Source: Verrucomicrobiota bacterium (GTDB taxonomy: Bacteria; Verrucomicrobiota; Verrucomicrobiia; Limisphaerales; UBA11358). Taken from it: a stretch of 64,000 nt of DNA. The stretch is taken from positions 193,059-257,058 of the forward strand of contig JBEKRQ010000002.1 of assembly GCA_049517655.1 (NCBI GenBank), read 5' to 3'. The translations under genes were made by a program, and so were the position numbers. The notes under the pieces are model-generated. The model saw only the letters and a list, made by a program, of their open reading frames with translations. It did not search any database and was not told where the DNA came from. Below are positions 7,307 through 17,874 of the stretch, piece after piece. Within the stretch, counting starts at the first letter, position 1; the number at the start of each line of letters is the position of its first letter.

Positions 7307-9466
7307 TCAAACAATTTCCACCGGGCATTTCGGCAGCGCATCGAGAAACGCCTGGCCGTATTGCTTCGATAAAATTCGGTTGTCCAAAATCACAATGATG
7401 CCGGTGTCGGTCTTGGTCCGGATCAACCTTCCCACGCCCTGACGGAATTTCAGAATCGCTTCCGGCAATGAAAATTCGCTGAAAGAATTCCCGCCGCGCG
7501 CTTCAATCGCCTCGATGCGCGCCTCGATGAGCGGATGGTCCGGCACGGCAAACGGCAGCCGCGTGATGATGACGTTGCTCAAGGCCTCGCCCGGCACGTC
7601 CACGCCCTGCCAGAAACTGTCCGTGCCGAATAACACCGAGTCCACGTCGTCCTTGAATTTTTCCAGCATCGTCGAGCGCGGCGTGCCGGTGCCCTGCACA
7701 AAACAGGCGACGCCGAGCTTGTTGAAAAACGGTTCCATCCGCTCGCCGAGTTCCCGCATGAGCTTGTAATTCGTGAACAGCACGAACGCCTTGCCGTGCG
7801 TTTGCCTCACGAAATGCCCAATCCAATGCTCCAGCGCGTCGGCGTAGCCGGCTTCGCGCGGGTCAGGCATTTTGCTGGCGACGAACAGTTTCATTTGCCG
7901 CTCGTAATCAAACGGCGTGCCGACCTGGAGTTGAGTGGCGGATTCCGCGCCGATGCGGCGGATAAAATAATTCAAACCCGAGGCGGATTTTTTGGGGCTA
8001 TTAGTAGCCAATAGTCCGTAGTCCGTGGCTTTTGTCTTTGACCGCGTTGCTGTGGACCACTGACCACTGACTACTGACTGTGTTGCCAGCGTCGCGCTGG
8101 TCATTATGATGCTCGTGTCGCTCTCAAAAAGTCGGCGGCGCAGGAAATCCGCCACGTCAATCGGCGCGGCATTCAGCGCGAGATTTTTCTGCGCCTTGCC
8201 GCCGCGCTCGACCCAGTAAACGTGGTCGGCGGCACTTTGTTCGAGGAACGCCTTCACCTCCTCACGCAACTCATCCAGCCGCCGGTTGCATTCAATCAAT
8301 TCCTGTCCAATATCTTTGTCTTCGCTCGTTTTGATCAAATCGCTGACGGCCTCGCGCAATCGCTGAATCGACAGTGTGACGTTGTCCTTGACGAGTTCCG
8401 CCCGCCGGATGCGCAGTTCGATCCAGCTTCGTTTGGTAGCGCGGGATTCCGTCGAGCCGAACCGGTCATTCCCGGCTGTTTTGGCCAGTTTCTCACACGC
8501 TTCTTCAACGTTTTCAAAAAACTTGTCGGATTCGCTCAAGATGTCGGCCACCAGTTTCACTGCGCTGCCTTTGCGCAACGTGGCGAGCAGCCCCTTTTCC
8601 GTGCGCGGATTCCAGAGCCGGTTCAGCGCGTAACGCATCTGGCCGCTCGACACGCTCAAGCCGATGTGTTTCGACGCGACGCGCTCCATCTGGTGCGCCT
8701 CATCGAAAATCACGAAATCGTTCTTGAACAAAATACCGCCCTCGATTTCCTCCTCGATGCCGCCGAGCAGCGTGAAAAACAGAGTGTGATTCAACACCAG
8801 CACGTCCGAGGAAAGAAACTTGTTCCGCGCGCGCTGAAAGAAACAAACGCCATGGTCCTTGGCGAAATCGGACGGGAAACCACATACCTTTGGCGAGCAA
8901 AGTCCACGCTCGGAACAAACCTGCGCCCAGACCTTCGGGTCCGGCTCGACGTCGAAATCCGAAAGGCTGCCATCCCTGGTTTTCTTTGCCCATTCGGCGA
9001 TGCGCTGAAGTTCCTCGGTCTCGGACGACGTGAACAGGTTGCCTGATTGCTGCATGGCCTTGTGCAACCGGCGTGTGCAGAGATAATTCGCGCGTCCTTT
9101 GAGCATCGAGAAACTGAACTTCACCGGCAGAATTTGGACAAGCATTGGCAGGTCTTTTTCCACAAGCTGCTCCTGCAAATTAATGGTATGCGTGGAAACG
9201 ACGGCTTTCTTCTTTTGCGCGACGGCGAACAGAATCGCCGGGATCAGGTAGGCAATCGACTTGCCGACGCCCGTGCCGGCCTCGACCGCGAGATGTTCTC
9301 GGTTTTGCAACGCCCGCGCGACGGCGACGGCCATTTCCTGCTGCTGCGGGCGAAATTCAAAATTCTTCGCCTTCGACAAAATGCCCGTCGGCGAAAAAAT
9401 CGCTTCGACCTGTTTCACCAGATCAATGCCCGCTCCGGCGGGCTGATGTTCGATGATCGAGATCAT
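7307..9466 (-). CDS. dinG: ATP-dependent DNA helicase, DinG/Rad3 (XPD) family
   Basis: Walker A AVEAGTGVGKS, DEAH box FDEAHQM, C-terminal helicase motifs (SATLA..., FWQGVDVPGE, QGVGRLIR). Contains an in-frame repeat-derived segment at about 7995-8095. Confidence 0.85.
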   Translation of the reverse strand: MISIIEHQPAGAGIDLVKQVEAIFSPTGILSKAKNFEFRPQQQEMAVAVARALQNREHLAVEAGTGVGKSIAYLIPAILFAVAQKKKAVVSTHTINLQEQLVEKDLPMLVQILPVKFSFSMLKGRANYLCTRRLHKAMQQSGNLFTSSETEELQRIAEWAKKTRDGSLSDFDVEPDPKVWAQVCSERGLCSPKVCGFPSDFAKDHGVCFFQRARNKFLSSDVLVLNHTLFFTLLGGIEEEIEGGILFKNDFVIFDEAHQMERVASKHIGLSVSSGQMRYALNRLWNPRTEKGLLATLRKGSAVKLVADILSESDKFFENVEEACEKLAKTAGNDRFGSTESRATKRSWIELRIRRAELVKDNVTLSIQRLREAVSDLIKTSEDKDIGQELIECNRRLDELREEVKAFLEQSAADHVYWVERGGKAQKNLALNAAPIDVADFLRRRLFESDTSIIMTSATLATQSVVSGQWSTATRSKTKATDYGLLATNSPKKSASGLNYFIRRIGAESATQLQVGTPFDYERQMKLFVASKMPDPREAGYADALEHWIGHFVRQTHGKAFVLFTNYKLMRELGERMEPFFNKLGVACFVQGTGTPRSTMLEKFKDDVDSVLFGTDSFWQGVDVPGEALSNVIITRLPFAVPDHPLIEARIEAIEARGGNSFSEFSLPEAILKFRQGVGRLIRTKTDTGIIVILDNRILSKQYGQAFLDALPKCPVEIV
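8002..8084. repeat. composite heptamer arrays inside the dinG-like gene
   Basis: TAGTAGC..TAGTCCG TAGTCCG (8002-8025), CTTTTGTCTTTG (8029-8040), CCACTGA CCACTGA CTACTGA CTG (8057-8080). Confidence 0.85.
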
Positions 9467-9530
9467 TTTGTTTGCTGCTAAAGGCGCGGAAAGTTTGCAG
9501 GAAATTCCCGCGCGAACAAATTCATTTACG

Positions 9531-9566
9531 AAAACAAAAAGGCGCGTTCCCGGTCGGGAACGCGCC
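9531..9566 (-). terminator. rho-independent terminator downstream of the 9589..10578 gene
   Basis: The minus strand reads GGCGCGTTCCC-GACC-GGGAACGCGCC (11-bp perfect stem) followed by TTTTTGTTTT. Confidence 0.75.
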
Positions 9567-9588
9567 CGATTTGACCGCGCAAATTTGA

Positions 9589-10578
9589 CTACTGCATTGA
9601 CTGCATCCGTGGCGATCTTATCACCTGTATCTGCTTCTTCTGCTTCTGCTGTTGTGACTTCGCCCCTATCGAAAGCGAGGTGGGTTCGTTCGTAGTCAAT
9701 GTGGGTGTGTTCGTCGTAATGTAGTTCACGATATTGACGCCCTTTATGTTGTTGTAGGTGAATACGAGCTTGTCAAAAATTTTGATGTCGCTCAATGGCG
9801 CATTGGTCTTGCCGTTGACCGCAATGGTGCAGTTGTCGGCCAGATGAAATTTCTTCGGGTGGTAGTTTAACACCGTTGCTGTCGTTATTGTCCGATTAGT
9901 CTGGTTAATCTCAATCACCCTGCCGTTAATAAGCATGGCGTCTGTCTGGGCAATTTTATGGGCGACAGCCTCGTCACCCCCCGGCGTTTCATAAGTAACC
10001 GTCACGTAATTGCCCGACTGAATGTCCGTGATCGCGCCGTTCTTGCCGTCAGACAATATAATCTGGCAGTCGTCCGCAATTTTGAACGTCTTGTTCAGCA
10101 CAAGGAAACGCAGCATCAGCGTATGATGCGTCAGGTCATTGGTCCTTACAGTGCCATTACGGGTCATCAGTTCCTGTTGAACACTATCCGCCACAAACAC
10201 GTCGTTGGTGTAATAATAATTGTTAACCATGATCTTCTGGCCACCCGCCGCGGTCTCCGGCTCCTGCTGGGCGCGATCCGCTGGCAATACGCTGGTGATG
10301 TGATAACTGACCGTGACCTGCTGGCCCGGATGCAAGTCGCCAACCGAACCGGTGTCCTTGCCTACTATCGTGTACGTGCAGGTATCGCTGAGATTGAATT
10401 TTTTGTTTTTTACATCTAGCACACGTCCTTGCGGGTTAATGGCAGTAATTATGCCCGTGTAGGTTTCGCCCGGTTGAGGGGCCGTTGCCGTCTGATCCGC
10501 CGATGACTTAAGCGCCGCAGTCATTGCCAAAATAGATACGCAGACGGCAGCCCATTTCTGAGACAAAGGGATTTTCAT
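9589..10578 (-). CDS. secreted protein with three internal beta-rich repeats, function unknown
   Basis: Signal-peptide-like N-terminus MKIPLSQKWAAVCVSILAMTAALKS. Three similar modules of about 80-100 aa (...FNLSDTCTYTIVGKD...VTVSY / ...FKIADDCQIILSDGK...VTVTYE / ...FHLADNCTIAVNGK...LVFTY). AT-richer than its neighbours. Confidence 0.55.
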   Translation of the reverse strand: MKIPLSQKWAAVCVSILAMTAALKSSADQTATAPQPGETYTGIITAINPQGRVLDVKNKKFNLSDTCTYTIVGKDTGSVGDLHPGQQVTVSYHITSVLPADRAQQEPETAAGGQKIMVNNYYYTNDVFVADSVQQELMTRNGTVRTNDLTHHTLMLRFLVLNKTFKIADDCQIILSDGKNGAITDIQSGNYVTVTYETPGGDEAVAHKIAQTDAMLINGRVIEINQTNRTITTATVLNYHPKKFHLADNCTIAVNGKTNAPLSDIKIFDKLVFTYNNIKGVNIVNYITTNTPTLTTNEPTSLSIGAKSQQQKQKKQIQVIRSPRMQSMQ

Positions 10579-10616
10579 GGTGACAATCGGGTAAACCTAT
10601 TATGCGTCGTTGTCAA

Positions 10617-13256
10617 CTATTGTTGCGAATCTTGTCCACCAAACAAATCCATCTGCGGCGGCGGGGTAAGCTGTTTGAGTTTGTCGCGGTCCTGCTGGCG
10701 GCGGGGGCTTTGTCGCACTGTGCCTTCCGGTGTCAGTTCGGATTCTTCGAGGTTGCTGAGAATCACCTTCGCACGTTCCAACACTTCCTTCGGCACACCG
10801 GCCAGACGTGCGACATGGATGCCGTAACTCTTGTCCGTGCCGCCCTCAACGATTTTGTGCAGGAACACCACCTGATCGCGCCACTCGCGCACGGCCACAT
10901 TGAAGTTCTTCAGCCTTGGCAGGCGCTGGGCGAGTTCGGTCAATTCGTGGTAATGCGTCGCGAACAGCGTTTTCGCACCGACTTGGTTGTGCAGGTGCTC
11001 GACGATGCTCCACGCGAGACTCAAACCGTCGAATGTGCTCGTGCCGCGCCCGATTTCGTCGAGCACAATAAGGCTGCGCGGCGTGGCGTTGTTGAGGATG
11101 TTTGCCGTCTCCGTCATTTCGACCATGAACGTTGACTGTCCGCGTGTAAGATCGTCGCTGGCACCAATGCGCGTGAAGATGCGGTCCACCAAATCAATCC
11201 GAGCCTCCGCCGCCGGCACGAACGAACCACTGTGCGCCAGCAAAACAATCAATGCGACCTGCCGGATGTAAGTGCTCTTGCCCGCCATGTTCGGCCCCGT
11301 GATGAGCGCGATTTGGGGGAAAATGGTGGGGACGCGCTGCTGCGCGTCCTGGCCGACCGGCAGGTCGGCCCTACCAACCGAACCTAGCCCCGCATCATTC
11401 GGCACAAACCGCTCGTCCATCAAACTTTGCTCCAGCACCGGATGGCGTCCGTCGTGAATCTGAATCACGCCTTCGTCAGCAACCTGCGGACGGCAATAGT
11501 TGTGCAGGCGCGCCGTCTCGGCGAACGACGCCAGTACATCGAGTTGTGCGAGTGCCGCGGCGGTTTGCTGAATTTTCGGCAATTGACCGAGCACTTCCTC
11601 ACGCACGCGCTGGAAGAGTTCGTATTCCAGTTTTACGCTGCGTTCCTCCGCGCCGAGGATTTTACCTTCCATCTCCTTCAACTCCGGCGTGATGTAACGC
11701 TCGCCGTTGGCGACGGTCTGCTTGCGGACGTAATGCGGCGGGACCTTGTCGAGGTTCGACTTCGTGACTTCGATGTAGTAGCCGAAGACGGAATTGAACC
11801 GGACTTTCAGCGAGGTGATGCCGGTGTGTTCGATCTCCTGTTGCTGGAGTTTCGCAATCCAATCCTTCCCGCCACGCGTGGCGTCACGGAGTTCATCGAG
11901 CGCGGCGTCGAAACTGTCACGAATCATGCCGCCTTCCTTCACCGCGAGCGGCGGGTCATCCACGATGGCGCGCGAAATCAAATCCACGAGGTCGGGCGAT
12001 TCGGTGAGCTGGGATTCAAGCTCGCCTAGGAGTGGAACAGGCCTCTGGCCTGTTTTGCCTTCTGAAATTTGCAATTTGTCAGAACACAGGCCGGAGGCCT
12101 GTGCCACACTTTGCAAAATCCCCTTCACCGCCGGAATTTGCTCCAAGGCCAGGCGCAGGACAACGAGGTCGCGCGCATTGCCGCTGCCGGAACTCAACCG
12201 GCCAATCGTGCGTTCCAAATCACGAACGTTTACAAGCTGCGCACGAAAATTATCCAAACCCGCAGAGTTCTCAACGAACGTCTGAACGGCGCCCTGCCGG
12301 CAGCGAATGGGCTCGACGGCGGCGAGCGGTTGCGAAAGCCAGTCGCGCAAGCGGCGCGCGCCCATCGGCGTGACAGTGCGATTGACCACGCCGTAAAGCG
12401 AAGCGTTGCGCGGCGCGTCGTGGCGCAACGGCTCGAGAATTTCGAGATGCCGGAGTGTCGTGTAATCGAGCGCGAGGAAATCGTTGCGGCGATAAAACGA
12501 CAGGCGGGTGAGGTGCTTCACGTCGCGGCGCAGGTGTTGCGTGAGATAATGCAGCGCGGCACCTGCCGCGCCAATGGCCGCCATCCTGTCCTTTAGCCCG
12601 AACCCGTCGAGCGACGCGACCTTGAAATGGTCGCGCACGGTGTAGAGTGCGGTTTCCGGTGCGAACGTCCAATCGTCGTAGCCATTCAAAATTTTAAACG
12701 CGCCGCGCAGCAAATCGCGCAGTGTACCCGCCTCGCCCGGATAAATAATTTCCGCCGGGCGCAAGCGTTCCAGTTCAGTGAGCAGCGCCGAATCATTTTC
12801 CAATTCCGTCGTCCTGAAATCGCCCGTGGTCAAATCCACCAGCGCGAGGCCGAAGGTTTTTCCCAGTGGGTAAATTGCGGCGAGGAAGTTGTTGCGTTCA
12901 GCCACAAGCATCCGTTCATCGAAATGCGTGCCGGGCGAGAGGATTTGGGTGACCTCGCGTTTGACGAGCTTGCCGGGTTGGGCGTCTTCAAGTTGATCGC
13001 AAATGGCGACTTTCCGTCCGGCCTTGAGCAGTCTGCCGATGTAGGCATGGGACGCATGGTGCGGCAGACCGCACATGGGCACGCCGTTGCGCGCGGTGAG
13101 GGCGAGGTTGAGCAGTTGCGCGCCTGTCTGCGCGTCTTCGAAAAACATCTCGTAGAAATCGCCGAGCCGAAACAGCAACAGCGCATCCTTGGGCAATTCG
13201 CCTTTGATGCGGCGATACTGCGTCATCATGGGAGTGAGTTGGGCTTCGGCGGCCAT
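10617..13256 (-). CDS. mutS: DNA mismatch repair protein MutS
   Basis: N-terminal TPMMTQYRRIK...FYEMFFEDA, Walker A ITGPNMAGKST, DEIGRGTSTFDG, FATHYHEL. The ORF-track start 13262 is TTG; the first ATG is 13256. Contains an in-frame repeat at 12032-12107. Confidence 0.95.
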   Translation of the reverse strand: MAAEAQLTPMMTQYRRIKGELPKDALLLFRLGDFYEMFFEDAQTGAQLLNLALTARNGVPMCGLPHHASHAYIGRLLKAGRKVAICDQLEDAQPGKLVKREVTQILSPGTHFDERMLVAERNNFLAAIYPLGKTFGLALVDLTTGDFRTTELENDSALLTELERLRPAEIIYPGEAGTLRDLLRGAFKILNGYDDWTFAPETALYTVRDHFKVASLDGFGLKDRMAAIGAAGAALHYLTQHLRRDVKHLTRLSFYRRNDFLALDYTTLRHLEILEPLRHDAPRNASLYGVVNRTVTPMGARRLRDWLSQPLAAVEPIRCRQGAVQTFVENSAGLDNFRAQLVNVRDLERTIGRLSSGSGNARDLVVLRLALEQIPAVKGILQSVAQASGLCSDKLQISEGKTGQRPVPLLGELESQLTESPDLVDLISRAIVDDPPLAVKEGGMIRDSFDAALDELRDATRGGKDWIAKLQQQEIEHTGITSLKVRFNSVFGYYIEVTKSNLDKVPPHYVRKQTVANGERYITPELKEMEGKILGAEERSVKLEYELFQRVREEVLGQLPKIQQTAAALAQLDVLASFAETARLHNYCRPQVADEGVIQIHDGRHPVLEQSLMDERFVPNDAGLGSVGRADLPVGQDAQQRVPTIFPQIALITGPNMAGKSTYIRQVALIVLLAHSGSFVPAAEARIDLVDRIFTRIGASDDLTRGQSTFMVEMTETANILNNATPRSLIVLDEIGRGTSTFDGLSLAWSIVEHLHNQVGAKTLFATHYHELTELAQRLPRLKNFNVAVREWRDQVVFLHKIVEGGTDKSYGIHVARLAGVPKEVLERAKVILSNLEESELTPEGTVRQSPRRQQDRDKLKQLTPPPQMDLFGGQDSQQ
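12032..12107. repeat. REPIN-like double hairpin, GTGGCAC family, copy 2 (inside mutS)
   Basis: Minus strand: GTGGCACAGGCCTCCGGCCTGTG-(30 nt)-AACAGGCCAGAGGCCTGTTCCAC. Confidence 0.9.
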
Positions 13257-13357
13257 CGGCAACGAAACTAAACATGAATATCGGCCGCGTCGAAGAATTT
13301 TTGCGCGTTGCGAAGGACCTGACGAACCACGCTTAACGTTGACAGAGTCGTCAGATT

Positions 13358-16172
<2,815 letters not shown>

Positions 16173-16291
16173 GCGGCGGAAAGCTACAAGGCGCCGGCGC
16201 GGAAACCCAACTGAAAAAATGTTACTTTTGGCAGCGGTATGGTTTGCAATCCTGGCAGGGTGAACGTCCCGCCCGTTTTCCAAAGCTGAAG

Positions 16292-16696
16292 TCAGCCGAT
16301 ACGGAACGAAATCCGTTGAATCAGATTTCTTCCGAAGCTGTGCCGCAATCGGTCGAGAATTTCCTTGCGGCGGTAGCGGACGATTTCCGAGAGCCACACG
16401 CTGCTGTCCACATTCACGAACAACGTGCCCTTGTGCAGATTGGCCGGTTGCGCGTGCGCGACAATGTTCGGATCGATCAGCGAGTTCCAGACCTTGACGA
16501 TTTCCGCCTCGGCGCGACGGTCGTCCATGCGCAGATCCGACATCACGCGCGGCAGCACATCGCCGGCGGAACGGGCGCGCGCGGCCTGCGCGATTTCCAG
16601 CGGCGTGAGGTCCACGCCGCGCCATTGCGCAAGCACGCGGCGACGGGCGGAAATTTTTCCCGGCCCAAGCGGCGGAATGTATTTGGGCGGCGGCAT
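16292..16696 (-). CDS. DUF721 (DciA-like) protein
   Basis: About 134 aa. ...VWNSLIDPNIVAHAQPANLHKGTLFVNVDSSVWLSEIVRYRRKEILDRL resembles the DUF721/DciA core. First ATG at 16696. Confidence 0.55.
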   Translation of the reverse strand: MPPPKYIPPLGPGKISARRRVLAQWRGVDLTPLEIAQAARARSAGDVLPRVMSDLRMDDRRAEAEIVKVWNSLIDPNIVAHAQPANLHKGTLFVNVDSSVWLSEIVRYRRKEILDRLRHSFGRNLIQRISFRIG

Positions 16697-16710
16697 CAAA
16701 ATAGTTTTAA

Positions 16711-16768
16711 GTTTCGAATTCTTGATTTTGAATTTGAACTAAAAATTCAAAATTCAAAACTAAAAACT
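16711..16768. repeat. inverted heptamer arrays (TTTGAAT-type / CAAAATT-type) in a divergent promoter region
   Basis: TTCGAAT TCTTGAT TTTGAAT TTGAACT | AAAAATT CAAAATT CAAAACT AAAAACT. Confidence 0.85.
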
Positions 16769-16827
16769 CGCGCAGCCAATTTCCGGCTAGACAAATTTGC
16801 CCGGCGGGCGCGTCATATTAAGGTGAA

Positions 16828-17349
16828 ATGCGGCGCGGACCGGAAATCGAACGGCTCTACGACGAGCACAGCCAGTCGCTTTATGCCTTTCTCCTGAATT
16901 TCACCCGCGATGAATCCGACACGCGCGATTTGCTTCAGGAAATTTTCGTCAAGATCGCCCGTGACCCGGATTTGTTGACCGGCGTGCGCGACGAACGCGC
17001 CTTTCTCATCCGACTTGCGCACAACACGGCGATTGACACGATGCGACGTCGCGGGACGCGCGACAAAACACGCGAAAACTTCGCCGCCGAAACCATCTCG
17101 CCGTTCGCGCCGGCAACCGACCTGGACGAACAAACCTTTCGCGATGCGCTGGCCGATGTGCTGGCCGAATTGCCGCCCGAACAGCGCGCCGTCGTCCATT
17201 TCAAACTCTGGGAAGGTTTGACCTTCGAGGAAATTGCCGCCACGCTGGACATCCCGCTGAACACCGCCGCCAGCCGCTATCGCTACGGGTTAGACAAATT
17301 GCGCGAGTGCCTGCGTCCCCTCTACGAGGAAATGAAAAAGGCAGAATGA
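16828..17349 (+). CDS. ECF-type RNA polymerase sigma-70 factor
   Basis: Region 2 (LYDEHSQSLYAFLLNFTRDESDTRDLLQEIFVKI...LIRLAHNTAIDTMRRR) and region 4 (LPPEQRAVVHFKLWEGLTFEEIAATLDIPLNTAASRYRYGLDKLR). AAGGTGA lies upstream of the ATG. Confidence 0.88.
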   Translation: MRRGPEIERLYDEHSQSLYAFLLNFTRDESDTRDLLQEIFVKIARDPDLLTGVRDERAFLIRLAHNTAIDTMRRRGTRDKTRENFAAETISPFAPATDLDEQTFRDALADVLAELPPEQRAVVHFKLWEGLTFEEIAATLDIPLNTAASRYRYGLDKLRECLRPLYEEMKKAE

Positions 17350-17795
17350 TGAATGAAGAAATGGAACAGTTTGAACAACGCTTGAGTCGTCAGCCGCTAA
17401 AGGGAATTCCAGCGGAATGGCGCGGGGAGATTTTGTCGGCGGCTTGGGAGGGACGGCGTGTCGCCGTCCCTGAAATTGGGGACGCCAACATGGCGTCCCT
17501 CCCAAAATTACGCGATTGGCTTTTAGCCATCCTGTGGCCTCATCCGCGGGCGTGGGCCGGCCTGGCAGTGGTTTGGATTTTGATTTTAACGGTGGATTTT
17601 TCGGTGCGCGACACATCGCAAACTGTCGCCGGGAAATCTTCGCCACCATCGCCGCAAGTCATCACGGAACTGCGGCAGCAGCAACGGCTGCTGGCCGAAC
17701 TGATTGGTTCGCGCGAAACGCACGATGCCGATCGGACCAAACCGTTCGTGCCGCAGCCGCGCAGCGAGCAGCGTTTTGAAATTTTGACAACGTAG
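17346..17795 (+). CDS. putative anti-sigma factor (single-pass membrane protein)
   Basis: ATGA start/stop overlap with the sigma gene. One hydrophobic helix (WAGLAVVWILILTV). Assigned by position only. Contains an in-frame repeat at 17445-17504. Confidence 0.45.
   Translation: MMNEEMEQFEQRLSRQPLKGIPAEWRGEILSAAWEGRRVAVPEIGDANMASLPKLRDWLLAILWPHPRAWAGLAVVWILILTVDFSVRDTSQTVAGKSSPPSPQVITELRQQQRLLAELIGSRETHDADRTKPFVPQPRSEQRFEILTT
17445..17504. repeat. GGGAGGGACG-family double hairpin, copy 1 (inside the anti-sigma-like ORF)
   Basis: TGGGAGGGACGGCGTGTCGCCGTCCC-TGAAATTG-GGGACGCCAACATGGCGTCCCTCCCA. Confidence 0.9.
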
Positions 17796-17797
17796 GC

Positions 17798-17865
17798 CGG
17801 GAGGGACGGCGTGTCGCCGTCCCAAAAACCCGAAACCATGGATGCTGATATGGCATCCATTCCAA
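17798..17865. repeat. GGGAGGGACG-family double hairpin, copy 2 (degenerate second arm)
   Basis: CGGGAGGGACGGCGTGTCGCCGTCCC-AAAAACCCGAAACC-ATGGATGCTGATATGGCATCCATTCCA. The second arm differs from copy 1 mainly by transitions. Confidence 0.8.
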
Positions 17866-17874
17866 GATAAAATT

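Noticed and set aside
8222-9046. 274-aa plus-strand ORF
   Set aside because: It is antisense to the DinG-like helicase gene, which has Walker A and DEAH motifs. No motif support.
13263-13357. Sigma-54 (TGGCAC-N5-TTGC) or NtrC-type sites upstream of amtB-glnK
   Set aside because: I looked for the GG-N10-GC spacing and for TGCACC-type palindromes and found no acceptable match by eye.
16173-16625. N-terminal 151-codon extension of the ppx ORF
   Set aside because: It overlaps the DUF721 gene in another frame, has an Arg/Ala/Gly-rich composition, and the ASKHA fold begins right after the internal ATG at 16172.
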